Source: a virus. Taken from it: DNA of 64,000 nt. How positions within the stretch are numbered: position 1 is the stretch's first letter; every line of letters begins with the position of its first letter. The stretch lies in IMG/VR virus record IMGVR_UViG_3300037313_001572; one strand, written 5' to 3'. The notes below the pieces were generated by a model. It made no database searches, was not told where the DNA came from, and saw nothing but the letters and a program-made list of their open reading frames with translations. The position numbers and the translations under genes are program-made. This document shows, in pieces, positions 36,724-46,681 of this stretch.

Positions 36724-37227
36724 TTAACAAATCTGGTTCCACTCGCCTTTTTCCCACTGCCACATTTCAAAATCGAATTGCGGCCACTGGGCGCGGGCTC
36801 CTTTGTAGCGGACGGAATCCTGGTAACGGATGTGCGCGCCCTTTGTCTCGATGCACTTGAACCGCTTCCATGTAACATGGCGGTGCTCTGCATCGTCGTA
36901 ATACGATTCCTCGATCGTCACGAAGAAATCCGGCTTGTAAAACATCGCCTGGCCGGTCTTCGGGTCTACACCCCATTTCAGACGCACGCCCTCATAGACG
37001 TAGTCCTCGATATCGCCGCGCCGCTTCATCGCCTCGAGGATGGCCGCGTAACGCTCCTCGGTCTTGTTCATCTTCCTGCCCTGCTTTATCTGCGGCGCGG
37101 CGGGTGCGGATTTCTCGGCCGGCTGCTGGGCTCCGAAGAGATGCGGGTTGAGCGCGATGGCGGCGGCCGATAGCTGCGGATTCCCGCGGCGCATGTTGTC
37201 ACCCAGAGCTTTTGCGGGGTCGCTCAT
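36724..37227 (-). CDS. PD-(D/E)xK nuclease (DUF1064-like)
   Basis: MNKTEERYA..YEGVRLK..YKPDFFV..ETKG; likely start ATG 37227. Confidence 0.7.
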   Translation of the reverse strand: MSDPAKALGDNMRRGNPQLSAAAIALNPHLFGAQQPAEKSAPAAPQIKQGRKMNKTEERYAAILEAMKRRGDIEDYVYEGVRLKWGVDPKTGQAMFYKPDFFVTIEESYYDDAEHRHVTWKRFKCIETKGAHIRYQDSVRYKGARAQWPQFDFEMWQWEKGEWNQIC

Positions 37228-39236
37228 TTTGCGGCCTCTTTCGCGATTTCGAGTTTTTCCAGAGCCAGCAGTTCCTTGGCCGATTCCCGATATTCGGAGA
37301 CGACGGCCGGCGGCATAGGCTGCCCGGATTCCTCTTCGGAATCCTGACAAATCTGGAAGGCAAGGTTTGCCGCATTGAATCGCGCCTGGGCGGAGTCGAG
37401 TTCGGAAATGATAATCATTTTGGTATAGATGACGGATTTGTGACGATAAATTTTAGCCCGCATGAAGCGCATCGAAATGCGGGACTATCACCACTTTGAG
37501 GTGTTTTCCCACAGCCAATTACAGCCGATCCGCAGGACGGACAATTTAGCTTTCCGGCGAGCTTATTAACCCATCGCTTAAATACGATAGGTATCACGGA
37601 AACACCTCCCGGCCTTCGCATTCCCGCGGGTGATGCGGATAACGCACAAACATACCTCCCACGCGCTTTCCGTTCTTCGTGCCGTCCCAGAAGCCGCGGT
37701 CTGGCTGCGGGCCGCGGATGTGCATTCCCGGGCCGCCGTTGGCGGTGAGTAGCGGGCTTGTGCACGTGATTCCCTTTCGAAGCTTGCAGGCCACGCACAT
37801 GGGCATGATGCCTGGAAACGGGCCCATCTCCGGAAGTTCCGAGTAAAGCCGCGGGTGCGGTTCGATTAGTTTGTCCGAGCACGCCCGGCAGAGGATGACG
37901 ACGACCGAAGTCGTTTTGTCGTTCTCGTCGCACTCTTGCCAGCGGAGGAGGTCCGTATCCTCGAGTCCGGTCGCGATGCCTTGGCCGCAGTTTTTGCAGC
38001 TTTCGGGATGGTTCTCGAAACGGCAGGTTTCCGAGAGCTTCGGCCATGGAGATTTCTCGCTCATCGTGCAACCCCCTGGCGCTTGTCGTTGATGCGGTCG
38101 ACGAGGTCTTTAATCATCTTTTCGGCGATCAACTGAGATAGGTGTTCGACCAGCGCGCGCATCCTCCGCGTGTCGCGGCGTGCGTAGTAAGCGGTTTCCG
38201 GGTTTACCCCCACACCTATTACACGCCGCTCTAGGCGAACGATCGTCTCGATCATTCGCTGCATCGGTGGAAAATTAGAGGTGTAATCCGCGCGCACTTC
38301 GATCAGGCCTGGAAAATCGAGATAGCTCCCGGTAAATCCAGACGCATCTATTTTAACCTGGAGCCCGTTATTAAGCATCTCGTGGTTGAGCCGGATAAGT
38401 TCCTCATTGTACTCTTCGATGTGTCGAAGGAGACCAAGTAGGCGAGCCCGTTCCATCGACGCGTTACTCTCCTCGGACAGAAGCTTGCGCACCCGCATTT
38501 CCAGTTTCCACCGCTCTCCATGGAGAGCGATATTCACGCGGCGCCGGCACCAGCGCAAGAAGGCAGCTGTAGGAAGATTGGCCAGTTTCGCGAATTTATG
38601 GTGTGTCATGGCTTGGCTTCCCGGTGAGGTCTTGTTTCTCCGTTCCGAGCGACGGCATAAGATTGCCCATCAATCGGCGCCGGTCTTCGTCGAGCGCCGT
38701 GCTCATGTTGCGGAAGTAATCGGCGATCTGGTGCCGAAATGACCAGAGCGCGCCCCCGAAGGATTCGGCGAACTCGCAACTGCAGGCATCCACGAGGAAG
38801 TATCCGCCCAGTGCATAGCCGGCCCGGAGCGGTCGCTCCTCGGTGCTTTTGTGCGACTGCCCGCACTCGCAGGTAACGGTATCGCCTGGTTTGATTCGCT
38901 CAGTGCAAAAGGCTTTTTTGAATGCGTCGGTGAGTAGGCTCATAAGTTATCGGTGGTTACGTTGTAGAGATAGATATCAGATTCGGCGTGGAATAGTTCG
39001 TGCAGGATTTGGTAGGTGTTCGGCGATAGAAGCGCGCGCATGTCCCGCCGCTTTTCGTCCGTCGTCATTACCAGCTTCAGCGTGTATCCACGATGGTCCT
39101 TCCTCCATTTCACTTTCGCGCAGTGGTGTTTGATCAGGTCGGTGAATCGGAGGTCGTTTACGGCCTTGCACATTCGGCGCATGGCGGCGCGGATCCCAAT
39201 AGCTTCCGCCGAGACGGTGTGATAGATTTCACTCAT
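37224..39236 (-). CDS. Cluster of hypothetical ORFs (37224-37472, 37594-38064, 38061-38609, 38596-38943, 38940-39236)
   Basis: Overlapping start/stop chain; two have Cys clusters. Confidence 0.5.
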
Positions 39237-39408
39237 AGCCGTAGAAGGCGAGGGCCTCGCGATTGGCGCGGATGCAGTTGCGGGCGCTAGATCGGATGAA
39301 AAGACCGTTCAGGCTCCGTGCCCGTGACAGCGCAACGTAGGCCTGGGGCGATGTGTAAATGCGTGCGGCCGCCTGCTCGTCGCTCAATTGGGGCTCTGGT
39401 GTTTCCAT
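39229..39408 (-). pseudogene. 59-aa Pif1/RecD-like helicase remnant
   Basis: Hand translation METPEPQLSDEQAAARIYTSPQAYVALSRARSLNGLFIR..ANREALAFYGYE*; not in the ORF track. Confidence 0.6.
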
Positions 39409-39409
39409 A

Positions 39410-39835
39410 TCAGTTTACCCCATGACGATGTGCGTCATTAATTTCACCGATTACAACCTCGTGCAGAATTGGGAATTTTTCCGGGTCTATGCGCCAGGGG
39501 CGCTTATCATCGAATACCGGCGTGGCATCAATTCCAAGCACCTCCCTTACGGCTTCGATGGCTGACTCGGAGTCCTTTGGGGTTCGGAATACGAATCCCC
39601 CAAGAGTCTCGAGTCCTTCTTCTCCCTCCTTTATCAATTGAATCCCCAGCGTTCGCTTGCTGAAATCCGAAGCGAAGCACCAGAGCACTCCGTCATGGAA
39701 GTTGTATCCAAAAAGATCGGGATTTGGATGGACGCTTTGAACTAGATCCCGGAATCCATCGATAACCATTTCAGCTAGGGCTATTCTCAATGCGTGGTTG
39801 ATTTTATTCATTTCCGAGTCCTCCAAGATTGCCAC
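39410..39835 (-). CDS. Hypothetical protein (141 aa)
   Basis: Protein-like acidic sequence in the operon. Confidence 0.55.
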   Translation of the reverse strand: MAILEDSEMNKINHALRIALAEMVIDGFRDLVQSVHPNPDLFGYNFHDGVLWCFASDFSKRTLGIQLIKEGEEGLETLGGFVFRTPKDSESAIEAVREVLGIDATPVFDDKRPWRIDPEKFPILHEVVIGEINDAHRHGVN

Positions 39836-40671
39836 TCACACGAGAGTATCGCGCCCGTCTCGGTAAGTCGGCTGATGATAGACTGATTCATTTCGGCGCG
39901 AAAGGTCTGGGCGTCGCGGTTGCTGATTAAGATGGTGTCGCGCCGCTCCGCGTACCGTCGGTCGATCAAGTCCACCAGCATGGCCATTGCCGGCTGAATG
40001 GTCTCGGCATCGTGCACCTCGTCGATAACGAGCAGGCTTTCCTTTACCCAATTGTTGTAGAGCTCGGTCAGCTTGGTTTGCTCGATCGAGCCGTATCCCG
40101 CGAAGATGGCTTTGAACATCACGCCCAGCTTGGTCAGTTTCTCGTAGCGGCCGGCGGATGGCGGCTCATTCTGCCCCTTGTTTTCCGCGCGGTCGGGCCC
40201 GTAGTGGTATTCCACGAGTGCCTCGAGGCGACGAAGCATTACCTGCGTGGCGATCGTCGTCTTGCCCGTCCCGCGGCTGCCGACCAGCGCGACTACCGCG
40301 CCCGTGCCGCGGCAAAGATCGCGGGTCCGGATGAAAGTCTTCTCCTGGCTGGGATTACCCCAGTCCTCTAGGAGAGTGCGGTGCAACTTCGGAATTCCGG
40401 CGCCGGCGGCCCATTCCTGGCCGATCGTCGCCCACCGATGGCGCCGAAGCACTTCCGGGCTGGACGGTTTTAGGTTTCCGATGACTCGACGGATTTCTCC
40501 AAGGACGCCCTGGAGTTTGGCGTCGTCGACGCGCTCCGCACGGTCTCGAGCTTCGAGTTCTCGTAGTTCCGCCTGGCGATGCGCTTCCTCGCGCTCCTCC
40601 GGGCTCAGTGTCGCCCAATGGGCGACACTGGCCTCAATGTGCTCCAAGATTTCTCGGCGTGGCTTGCTCAT
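39808..40671 (-). CDS. DnaC/IstB-like AAA+ helicase loader
   Basis: LVGSRGTGKT (Walker A), LLVIDE (Walker B), LIDRRY..TILISN, IISRL; follows the initiator. Confidence 0.85.
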   Translation of the reverse strand: MSKPRREILEHIEASVAHWATLSPEEREEAHRQAELRELEARDRAERVDDAKLQGVLGEIRRVIGNLKPSSPEVLRRHRWATIGQEWAAGAGIPKLHRTLLEDWGNPSQEKTFIRTRDLCRGTGAVVALVGSRGTGKTTIATQVMLRRLEALVEYHYGPDRAENKGQNEPPSAGRYEKLTKLGVMFKAIFAGYGSIEQTKLTELYNNWVKESLLVIDEVHDAETIQPAMAMLVDLIDRRYAERRDTILISNRDAQTFRAEMNQSIISRLTETGAILSCEWQSWRTRK

Positions 40672-40946
40672 ACTTTCGGATTTGGTCGTTGTACGTCTCC
40701 CGGTGATGTGCATTCCCAATCTGCTGAATCCCACCGTTCATCGATGGTGAGTTGATAACATTCAGGATGAGCATGTGCCGTTGAGAACCCCTCTCCCGGT
40801 TCAAGCCCGCTCCACCTTACGCATTCCTCTCCGGACTCGATTCGTTCGTCGCAAAGGCGGCAATGGTGATGCTTCCTTGGCTTGCAAGGCTTCGGGAATA
40901 GGGCCTTCAGCTTCGGCGACCAGTCTTCGAATTTTACGTTATTCAT
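40668..40946 (-). CDS. Small Zn-binding protein
   Basis: CRLC..HPEC; ATGA overlaps. Confidence 0.55.
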   Translation of the reverse strand: MNNVKFEDWSPKLKALFPKPCKPRKHHHCRLCDERIESGEECVRWSGLEPGEGFSTAHAHPECYQLTIDERWDSADWECTSPGDVQRPNPKV

Positions 40947-41854
40947 AGGGTTTCGATCGGCGGAAGGTCGCCAGGAGAAATTGCGACGGTCGGCGGCGGC
41001 GTGGGCCGGCCGTTGCGCTGCTGCGCAGGCCGCTTTAGGGCCGGCAGGAGCCGCGCCAAGCCGTTTGCGAGGTCGTAGAGGGTATCTGTGGCCGTGAAGG
41101 GGTAGCCTTCGGCCTGGCGCTTGTGGCACGCCCTGATGAAGGCGATGGATTTTTCCATGGGCGTGCCTTCGCCGGGTTCTTTGGCGAAGTGGGTGAGCAG
41201 CTGTTTTACGGCCTTTGCGTCCCGGGGACCGAAGGGGTAGTTGAGTCCGTGGCTGCGGATCTTCGAGTATTCCATCCATCGGTCGATGAATTCCTGGTGC
41301 TCGCCGGATGCCTTTTTTCCCTTCTTCTCATCCGCCGGAACGGCAGGCTCCGAAGGAGCCTTCTCTGCTTCTGTCTCTGCTTCTGTCTCTGCTTCTGTCT
41401 CTGCTTCTGTTGTTTGACATTGAGGACAATTGTTGACTTTGTTGACCGTTGTTGACTCCGTGTTGACAGTCTTTCCAGATGATTTTACACGTAACCTGCT
41501 CTCCTGCTTCTTGATACGAAGATATTCCCTGCGTTCGTCAGCACCCATTTTTGCACGATATTTAGCGTGATTTAACACAGACCATCCACCTTCGACCTTT
41601 TCAATCCTTCGACCTTCGAAGTCAGATGTCCTCGAATATTTGTCAGGTGCCTCCAGTCTGGATATAGCCTCCTCGCACTCCTGAATCGTCACACGGGATA
41701 GGTCCGCCAATCCTGGAAGTGATGCCTCAACTACCCCATATCGGTTGGCAATTGCCAGCATGGTTATCCAGACAATCCGAACTGTGTTGGGTTCGCGCCA
41801 GACGGTTGACGCCACGATGGAGCTAAATAGTTTAGTGTAGCCGGTCATGGGCAT
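40943..41854 (-). CDS. Phage replication initiator protein
   Basis: GYTKLFSSIVASTVW..VWITMLAIA..SRT..EGRRI..GGW.VLNH.KYR N-domain, (AETE)4 linker, upstream of the DnaC-like gene. Confidence 0.75.
   Translation of the reverse strand: MPMTGYTKLFSSIVASTVWREPNTVRIVWITMLAIANRYGVVEASLPGLADLSRVTIQECEEAISRLEAPDKYSRTSDFEGRRIEKVEGGWSVLNHAKYRAKMGADERREYLRIKKQESRLRVKSSGKTVNTESTTVNKVNNCPQCQTTEAETEAETEAETEAEKAPSEPAVPADEKKGKKASGEHQEFIDRWMEYSKIRSHGLNYPFGPRDAKAVKQLLTHFAKEPGEGTPMEKSIAFIRACHKRQAEGYPFTATDTLYDLANGLARLLPALKRPAQQRNGRPTPPPTVAISPGDLPPIETL
41364..41467. repeat. Candidate replication origin: 12-bp repeat x4 (41364-41410) plus TGTTGAC x4 (41431, 41440, 41450, 41461)
   Basis: Read directly inside the initiator gene. 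Confidence 0.6.
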
Positions 41855-42258
41855 GACGCTTTGGAAAGAGGCATGAACGTGTCAACATTATTTTGTTGAC
41901 CGAATTCGGACACAGAAATTGGCAGCGTGATCATGGTGTTGCAGCCTTCTCGAAATTGCACCCTTCCCGGCGCTGCAAGGCTCCTGTAGCCACGTTACAC
42001 GCCAAACCGTGCCCGGGGCACACCCGGGCTCCGTTTTCCAATGGCGCGCCTGCCAGCGAGATGCTCTTTTCCATCACGCACCCCTCTTTCCATCGCTCTC
42101 GTGGCTGCCAAGCACACATTTATGACCCAATCCAGAGTTTCCTCCATCAATGAGCATGAGAGCGATGGAAGGAAGAGTGCGTAACGCAGGAAGAGTCATA
42201 AGTTGAAATGTGAACGCCTTGGCAGCAATGCGGGTATAGGCTGAGTAGGTCATCGGGG

Positions 42259-44985
42259 TCAAATCAAAGTTTGTTGGATGGCGTGTTTTTCTTCCGCGGG
42301 TTTTCCGTATACGATCTTCTGAACGTAGCGGTAGACCGCCGGGTGCTTCTCCTGGACGAGCTTCCAGCTGTTTCGGCAAGCCTGGTCGGCGCCGGATGTC
42401 AGCCAGTCCCAGTAACGCTTCGGAACTTCGTCCAGCGGGACGCCCTGGTGCTTCTTGCCGAAGGTGCACGGGAACTTTGTCCCAAGCGTTCGGATGGCGT
42501 CGTTCATGGTCATCCTCGCCGGATCCTCTACGCCGGCCGCGCGCAGCTGCGCAAAGGCCTGTATCGGCGCCATGCCGTCACGCTGCCGGCCCTCGATCGA
42601 ATCGATGATCTGGCTGGCGTGGCCGGCGCAGGTAATCGACTGGGCCGTAAATCCGTATCGTTCCAGCTTCTCCTTTTGCCAGTGGTTGACCGGCAGCTGT
42701 TCTGACGCGGTGGCCGGCTCGTAGTTGAGCAGGGAGTGGTTTCCGAGCTCGAGCACGATTTCCCGAGCGTCCCGCAGCGATGCCTTGCGCGCCTGGTCCT
42801 TGGCGGCCTTCTCCAACTCCTTGCGGAGTTCCTCTTCCTTGGCGCGCTTCACTTCCTCGCGGATGTCGGCGAGCTCCTCGGCGGAACGCTTCTTTGCCAC
42901 GCGTTTGGCAATCTCCTCTTCCTCCTGCTCGGTATCGGCGATGATGCTGGCCGCGCCCGCCAGCCCGATACGCTCGGTCTGCCAAAGGACATCCAAAATC
43001 AGGCAATTATGGACTAGAAGACCGTTGGCAGTGAAGCGATGAAGTGGTCCGCAGTTGAGAATGTCCCATACACGCCTTTTGGTTTGCGGGATGGGCGATG
43101 ATAGCGGGCCACGATCTGCTGAAAAGTCATCGTGGCGACCATCTTTTCCAGCGTAGAATCTGCATATCGAACCTCCGGGTGCTCCAATCGGAAGCGATGG
43201 AAAAGAGGAGCGTTGGGTGTCCTTCTGGTATGCGACTGATTTTGATGGGCTGTTGACCAGCGAATGTTGCCGGCCTCGTAGTGTCCATCGTTGTTGATGC
43301 GGTCGAGTTGCTTGCCCTTCTCCAGTCCAAGATTCTCCATAACCCACACGCAAGCTTCGTAGGTGCTTGGAAAATTGAAACGAATGCCGCGACCTCCGTA
43401 CCGTTCGTATCCGCTGTCTTTCGGATTCTCGCATCGTTGTTTCTGCGCCATCACACGATTCAATAGCCATTTCGGAACTCGAACTTGGCGCTTGATGGTA
43501 CCACATTTGCGGCAGCCAGATTGGCCATTTAGAAGGGCTCCACGCCAGCGCCATCCCTGCCTGCCGCAGGTTACACATTCCATAAGCATCTGGATGTGAT
43601 TGCCTGGCTGTGCTCTCCGATACGCTGCGGAAATAACCTTCAACCTCCCGAATCGCTCGCCAACCGTCAGCGGTGGAAGCGATGGGCGCGGCTTCCCTCG
43701 CGGCTTCTGCAAAGGTGATCCATCCGTTCTGAGTCCAGACGAGATGCGTGGGGGTAGCTGTGAGACCGGCGTAGGTGATGGTTTCTTGTTCACCCTTGTA
43801 AATTGCCCCATCGTGTTTGCAGTAGCAAGTACCATCCCACACGAGCATTGATTTAGTCACCCGCTCAATGGGAACAAGGCCAATATCCGTGAGAATCATT
43901 GTCCCCTCGGCGATGCAGTCCGGCTTTTCGCTGGCGGCGATGGCGGCCTTGCGCTCCTCCGCCGTGGGCAGCGTCACGCCTCCCGGATCGATCACCCCTG
44001 GCAGCAAGCGCATGATGCGGCCGGCGCGCTGCCGGTATTCGCCGCGGCTGCGGGTGGCCGCCAAGTTGAGCATGCAATCGCAGCGGATGAAGTCTACGCC
44101 GGTCGAAAACACCTGGCTGTTGGAGAGGATTTGAAATTCGCCGTTCTCGAATTGCTCGATTATTTCGTTTCGATTGTCGCTGGCTCCGTCGCAGTGCCGT
44201 GCGGTCAATCCTTCTCGCTGCATCACGGAAACGAATTCCTGGCTGCTCTTGATCAGCGGTAGGAAAGCGAGGATGCGGCGGTTGTTGGCGTATTTCTTGA
44301 TGGCCGCGGCGATGGCCACGTAATGCGGCTCGAGAGCGATCGAAACTTCGTCCTGGTCGAAATCTCCGCTGCGCTGGTGAACCTGGGCCAAATCCACCTC
44401 GAGCGGCATGGTCAGCACTTTTACCGGCGTGATGTATCCTTCCCCGATGAGGTCGAATGTCCCGAGCTCGAAGGCGACCGTCTTGTACCACTTGGACAAG
44501 TCCGCCATGTTCTTCCGAAAAGCCGTGGCGGTGATGCCAAGCACGTTCGCGTCCGGATAGGCGTCGTGGATCTTCTGGCGGCCATCGGTGTTGCGGTGGG
44601 CTTCATCGTCTATTATGACGTCGAATGGCCGGCCACCGGGCAGGCGGCGGGAAAGCGTCTGGATGCTGGCTACGACAACGTCCGCCATCGGGCTGGCCGA
44701 CTGGGTGCCGCGGTGAATCGCAGCGGTGATGCCGCAAGCTTTGTGGAACTTTTCCACGGGCTGCATGATGAGTTCCTCACGATCGCCCACGAACAGGATG
44801 CGTTTCCCCATCTTGCGAAGGGTTTGGCACAGAAACGCGCTGATGATAGTTTTGCCGGCCGAGGTGGCGAGATTGGCCACCGTCTTTTTTGAAGTCGGCC
44901 GCTCGCCGTCCCACCATGGAGCGAATCCGAATTCCCGTAGCACGGCGTCATGCGCCGCTACCTGATAGTCTCGGAGTCCTAGCAT
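42259..44985 (-). CDS. SF2 DEAD/ResIII-like helicase with intein
   Basis: NLATSAGKT, IIDDEAH, GITATAFR, TGVDF, QRAGRIMR, KPD|C..HN|CLILD. Confidence 0.9.
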   Translation of the reverse strand: MLGLRDYQVAAHDAVLREFGFAPWWDGERPTSKKTVANLATSAGKTIISAFLCQTLRKMGKRILFVGDREELIMQPVEKFHKACGITAAIHRGTQSASPMADVVVASIQTLSRRLPGGRPFDVIIDDEAHRNTDGRQKIHDAYPDANVLGITATAFRKNMADLSKWYKTVAFELGTFDLIGEGYITPVKVLTMPLEVDLAQVHQRSGDFDQDEVSIALEPHYVAIAAAIKKYANNRRILAFLPLIKSSQEFVSVMQREGLTARHCDGASDNRNEIIEQFENGEFQILSNSQVFSTGVDFIRCDCMLNLAATRSRGEYRQRAGRIMRLLPGVIDPGGVTLPTAEERKAAIAASEKPDCIAEGTMILTDIGLVPIERVTKSMLVWDGTCYCKHDGAIYKGEQETITYAGLTATPTHLVWTQNGWITFAEAAREAAPIASTADGWRAIREVEGYFRSVSESTARQSHPDAYGMCNLRQAGMALAWSPSKWPIWLPQMWYHQAPSSSSEMAIESCDGAETTMRESERQRIRTVRRSRHSFQFSKHLRSLRVGYGESWTGEGQATRPHQQRWTLRGRQHSLVNSPSKSVAYQKDTQRSSFPSLPIGAPGGSICRFYAGKDGRHDDFSADRGPLSSPIPQTKRRVWDILNCGPLHRFTANGLLVHNCLILDVLWQTERIGLAGAASIIADTEQEEEEIAKRVAKKRSAEELADIREEVKRAKEEELRKELEKAAKDQARKASLRDAREIVLELGNHSLLNYEPATASEQLPVNHWQKEKLERYGFTAQSITCAGHASQIIDSIEGRQRDGMAPIQAFAQLRAAGVEDPARMTMNDAIRTLGTKFPCTFGKKHQGVPLDEVPKRYWDWLTSGADQACRNSWKLVQEKHPAVYRYVQKIVYGKPAEEKHAIQQTLI
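43006..43917 (-). mobile_element. Intein (304 aa) in the helicase; no LAGLIDADG in its own frame
   Basis: Block A CIAEGTMILT, block B TATPTHLVW, blocks F/G RVWDILNCGPLHRFTANGLLVHN, Cys+1. Confidence 0.9.
43014..43811 (-). CDS. HNH homing endonuclease nested in the +1 frame of the intein
   Basis: GERFGRLKV..ECVTCG..GCRKCG..KQRCENPKDSGYERYGGRGI..QLDRINNDGHYEAGNIRW; ATG 43811 (ORF open from 43835). Confidence 0.85.
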   Translation of the reverse strand: MGQFTRVNKKPSPTPVSQLPPRISSGLRTDGSPLQKPRGKPRPSLPPLTVGERFGRLKVISAAYRRAQPGNHIQMLMECVTCGRQGWRWRGALLNGQSGCRKCGTIKRQVRVPKWLLNRVMAQKQRCENPKDSGYERYGGRGIRFNFPSTYEACVWVMENLGLEKGKQLDRINNDGHYEAGNIRWSTAHQNQSHTRRTPNAPLFHRFRLEHPEVRYADSTLEKMVATMTFQQIVARYHRPSRKPKGVYGTFSTADHFIASLPTVF

Positions 44986-45914
44986 TGGTTTCCGGATTCT
45001 GGGTTGGGTGAGAGGGCAGCTTTAATAGCTCCCACCATTTCGACTACTACTTCAGGAACAAGTATCTGGTAACTCATGCCTTCCATCTGAATCACGTTTT
45101 CTCCAGCTTCTGGAAGTTCGGTTCTTACATATGCCAGTGTCTCCCGTAGCCGTCCGCACTCGGCCTCCAGCTTGTTGCGTTTGGTTAGCAATAATTCCTT
45201 TTGGCGATTTAAGGACATGTTGCTAGTGATCTTTACGTGCAAGTCGTCCTCCAGCTCCTTCACTCGGGATTCGAAAGCCTCAGCGCGTTCAATCGCTGCA
45301 TGTTGTGACAACACTGCGCTCACACACGTCTCCCGCACCTGCACTAACTCCTCGTTGGTTTTGATTCCAACCTCAATTGCCCTTGCGTAGTTCGCATGTG
45401 CCTCCGCCAGTTGCGCGCGTGCTTCGTCGCGGTCCTTAGCGACAGCCGCAGTTTCCTTGCACTGCGCCTCCACGGCTTGGATAAGCAACTGCGCCGTCTC
45501 TTTGGCTGGACGCTTCAGAAGTTCATCCCGCTCCCTCTCTGCCTTGTCTGCGCGAGCGTTGGCGACGTCACGCTCTACTACTATATCGGTGATTACAGTC
45601 GGCAGTGTCGCAACATCGCCTGTGAGTGGAATCCCCGCGCTATTTGCAGCCAAGGACAGAGTCTGAGCCATTGTTCCCGCTGCTAATGTCAACCGCTCCA
45701 CCTCAGCCCGTGCCGCGTCCCGTTCCTCGGTGAGCTTGGTTGCTTCGGCGCGGGCGGCGTTGCGCTGGCGTTCGAGGGTGCGGGCAAATTTGGAAAAGAC
45801 GTAAGGACCGTCTAACCTGAAAAATCGCACATCGTAGCCATTTGCGAATGCTGCTGCATCCGTATCCGGCGTGTCGTTCTGCCCCTGCGAGGACGGTGTT
45901 GTTTCTTCAGACAT
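44979..45914 (-). CDS. Coiled-coil hypothetical protein
   Basis: TPDTDA..FARTLERQRNAAR and repeated ERDxARA heptads. Confidence 0.65.
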   Translation of the reverse strand: MSEETTPSSQGQNDTPDTDAAAFANGYDVRFFRLDGPYVFSKFARTLERQRNAARAEATKLTEERDAARAEVERLTLAAGTMAQTLSLAANSAGIPLTGDVATLPTVITDIVVERDVANARADKAERERDELLKRPAKETAQLLIQAVEAQCKETAAVAKDRDEARAQLAEAHANYARAIEVGIKTNEELVQVRETCVSAVLSQHAAIERAEAFESRVKELEDDLHVKITSNMSLNRQKELLLTKRNKLEAECGRLRETLAYVRTELPEAGENVIQMEGMSYQILVPEVVVEMVGAIKAALSPNPESGNQC

Positions 45915-45916
45915 GG

Positions 45917-46681
45917 CTATTTCCTACGCTTAGACTGTTTTACGACGATATCGAATCCGTTGACGGTTCCCTCCCACGTGCCGCTTCCAGCGACGCAGAG
46001 GTTGATTAGCTCTTCGATCTTGGTATCAGCGGTGACCATCTTATTGATGGCCGCAAACGCTCGCTTCGGATCCCAGCGTTTTGAAACTACGAGTTCCTGG
46101 ATGTCGGCCATATCGGAATCTTTCAGGCCAGCCCAGTAAATGGCGGCCTTCTCCGTGACGTGGTCAAGAATTCCGTTTTGCACGGCCTTGGACACTTCCG
46201 CGCCGCAGACCTTTTTAATCCGCTCGATCGCGGCGGCATACTTTCCACCGGCATCCTTGTTCGGTGCCTTGGATTTGTCCGGCTTCGATTTCGCCTTTTT
46301 TTTCGGAGTGCGCTTCTCCACTTCCGCGGCCGAAGTCTCTCCGGTCGCCTCGGAGCCGCCAGCCGCCTGGTAAGCTGCCTTCTGTTCTTCCGGAGGCAAT
46401 TTACCGATCTGGCGCGAGACCTGTGTCGATACCGCGGGCGCGCCGACATTTTGCGCAACCTCGTCTTGCTGCATGAGGCGGTAGACCTGAGACCGGCAGC
46501 CGTAGATATCGCGGAATTCCTTTTCGCAGGCCGCCTTAAACGAGGCGTATCCCATCACGCGCCAGCCTTCTCGGTCGCGGTATTCGCGCAGCAGTATCCC
46601 GGAACGTATGACGCTGTCGTTGATGTCTTTTACGACTCCCCTGGCTTCTTCCAGGCTCATTAGAATTATTGCTTTCGACAT
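45917..46681 (-). CDS. Hypothetical DNA-binding phage protein
   Basis: LREYRDREGW..GYASFKAAC..RSQVYRL pattern. Confidence 0.6.
   Translation of the reverse strand: MSKAIILMSLEEARGVVKDINDSVIRSGILLREYRDREGWRVMGYASFKAACEKEFRDIYGCRSQVYRLMQQDEVAQNVGAPAVSTQVSRQIGKLPPEEQKAAYQAAGGSEATGETSAAEVEKRTPKKKAKSKPDKSKAPNKDAGGKYAAAIERIKKVCGAEVSKAVQNGILDHVTEKAAIYWAGLKDSDMADIQELVVSKRWDPKRAFAAINKMVTADTKIEELINLCVAGSGTWEGTVNGFDIVVKQSKRRK

Noticed and set aside
14965-43835. Group I introns as the explanation for the three nested HNH genes
   Set aside because: Host frames are open and no non-coding flanks long enough for a ribozyme core were evident; not formally excluded without an Infernal search or RT-PCR
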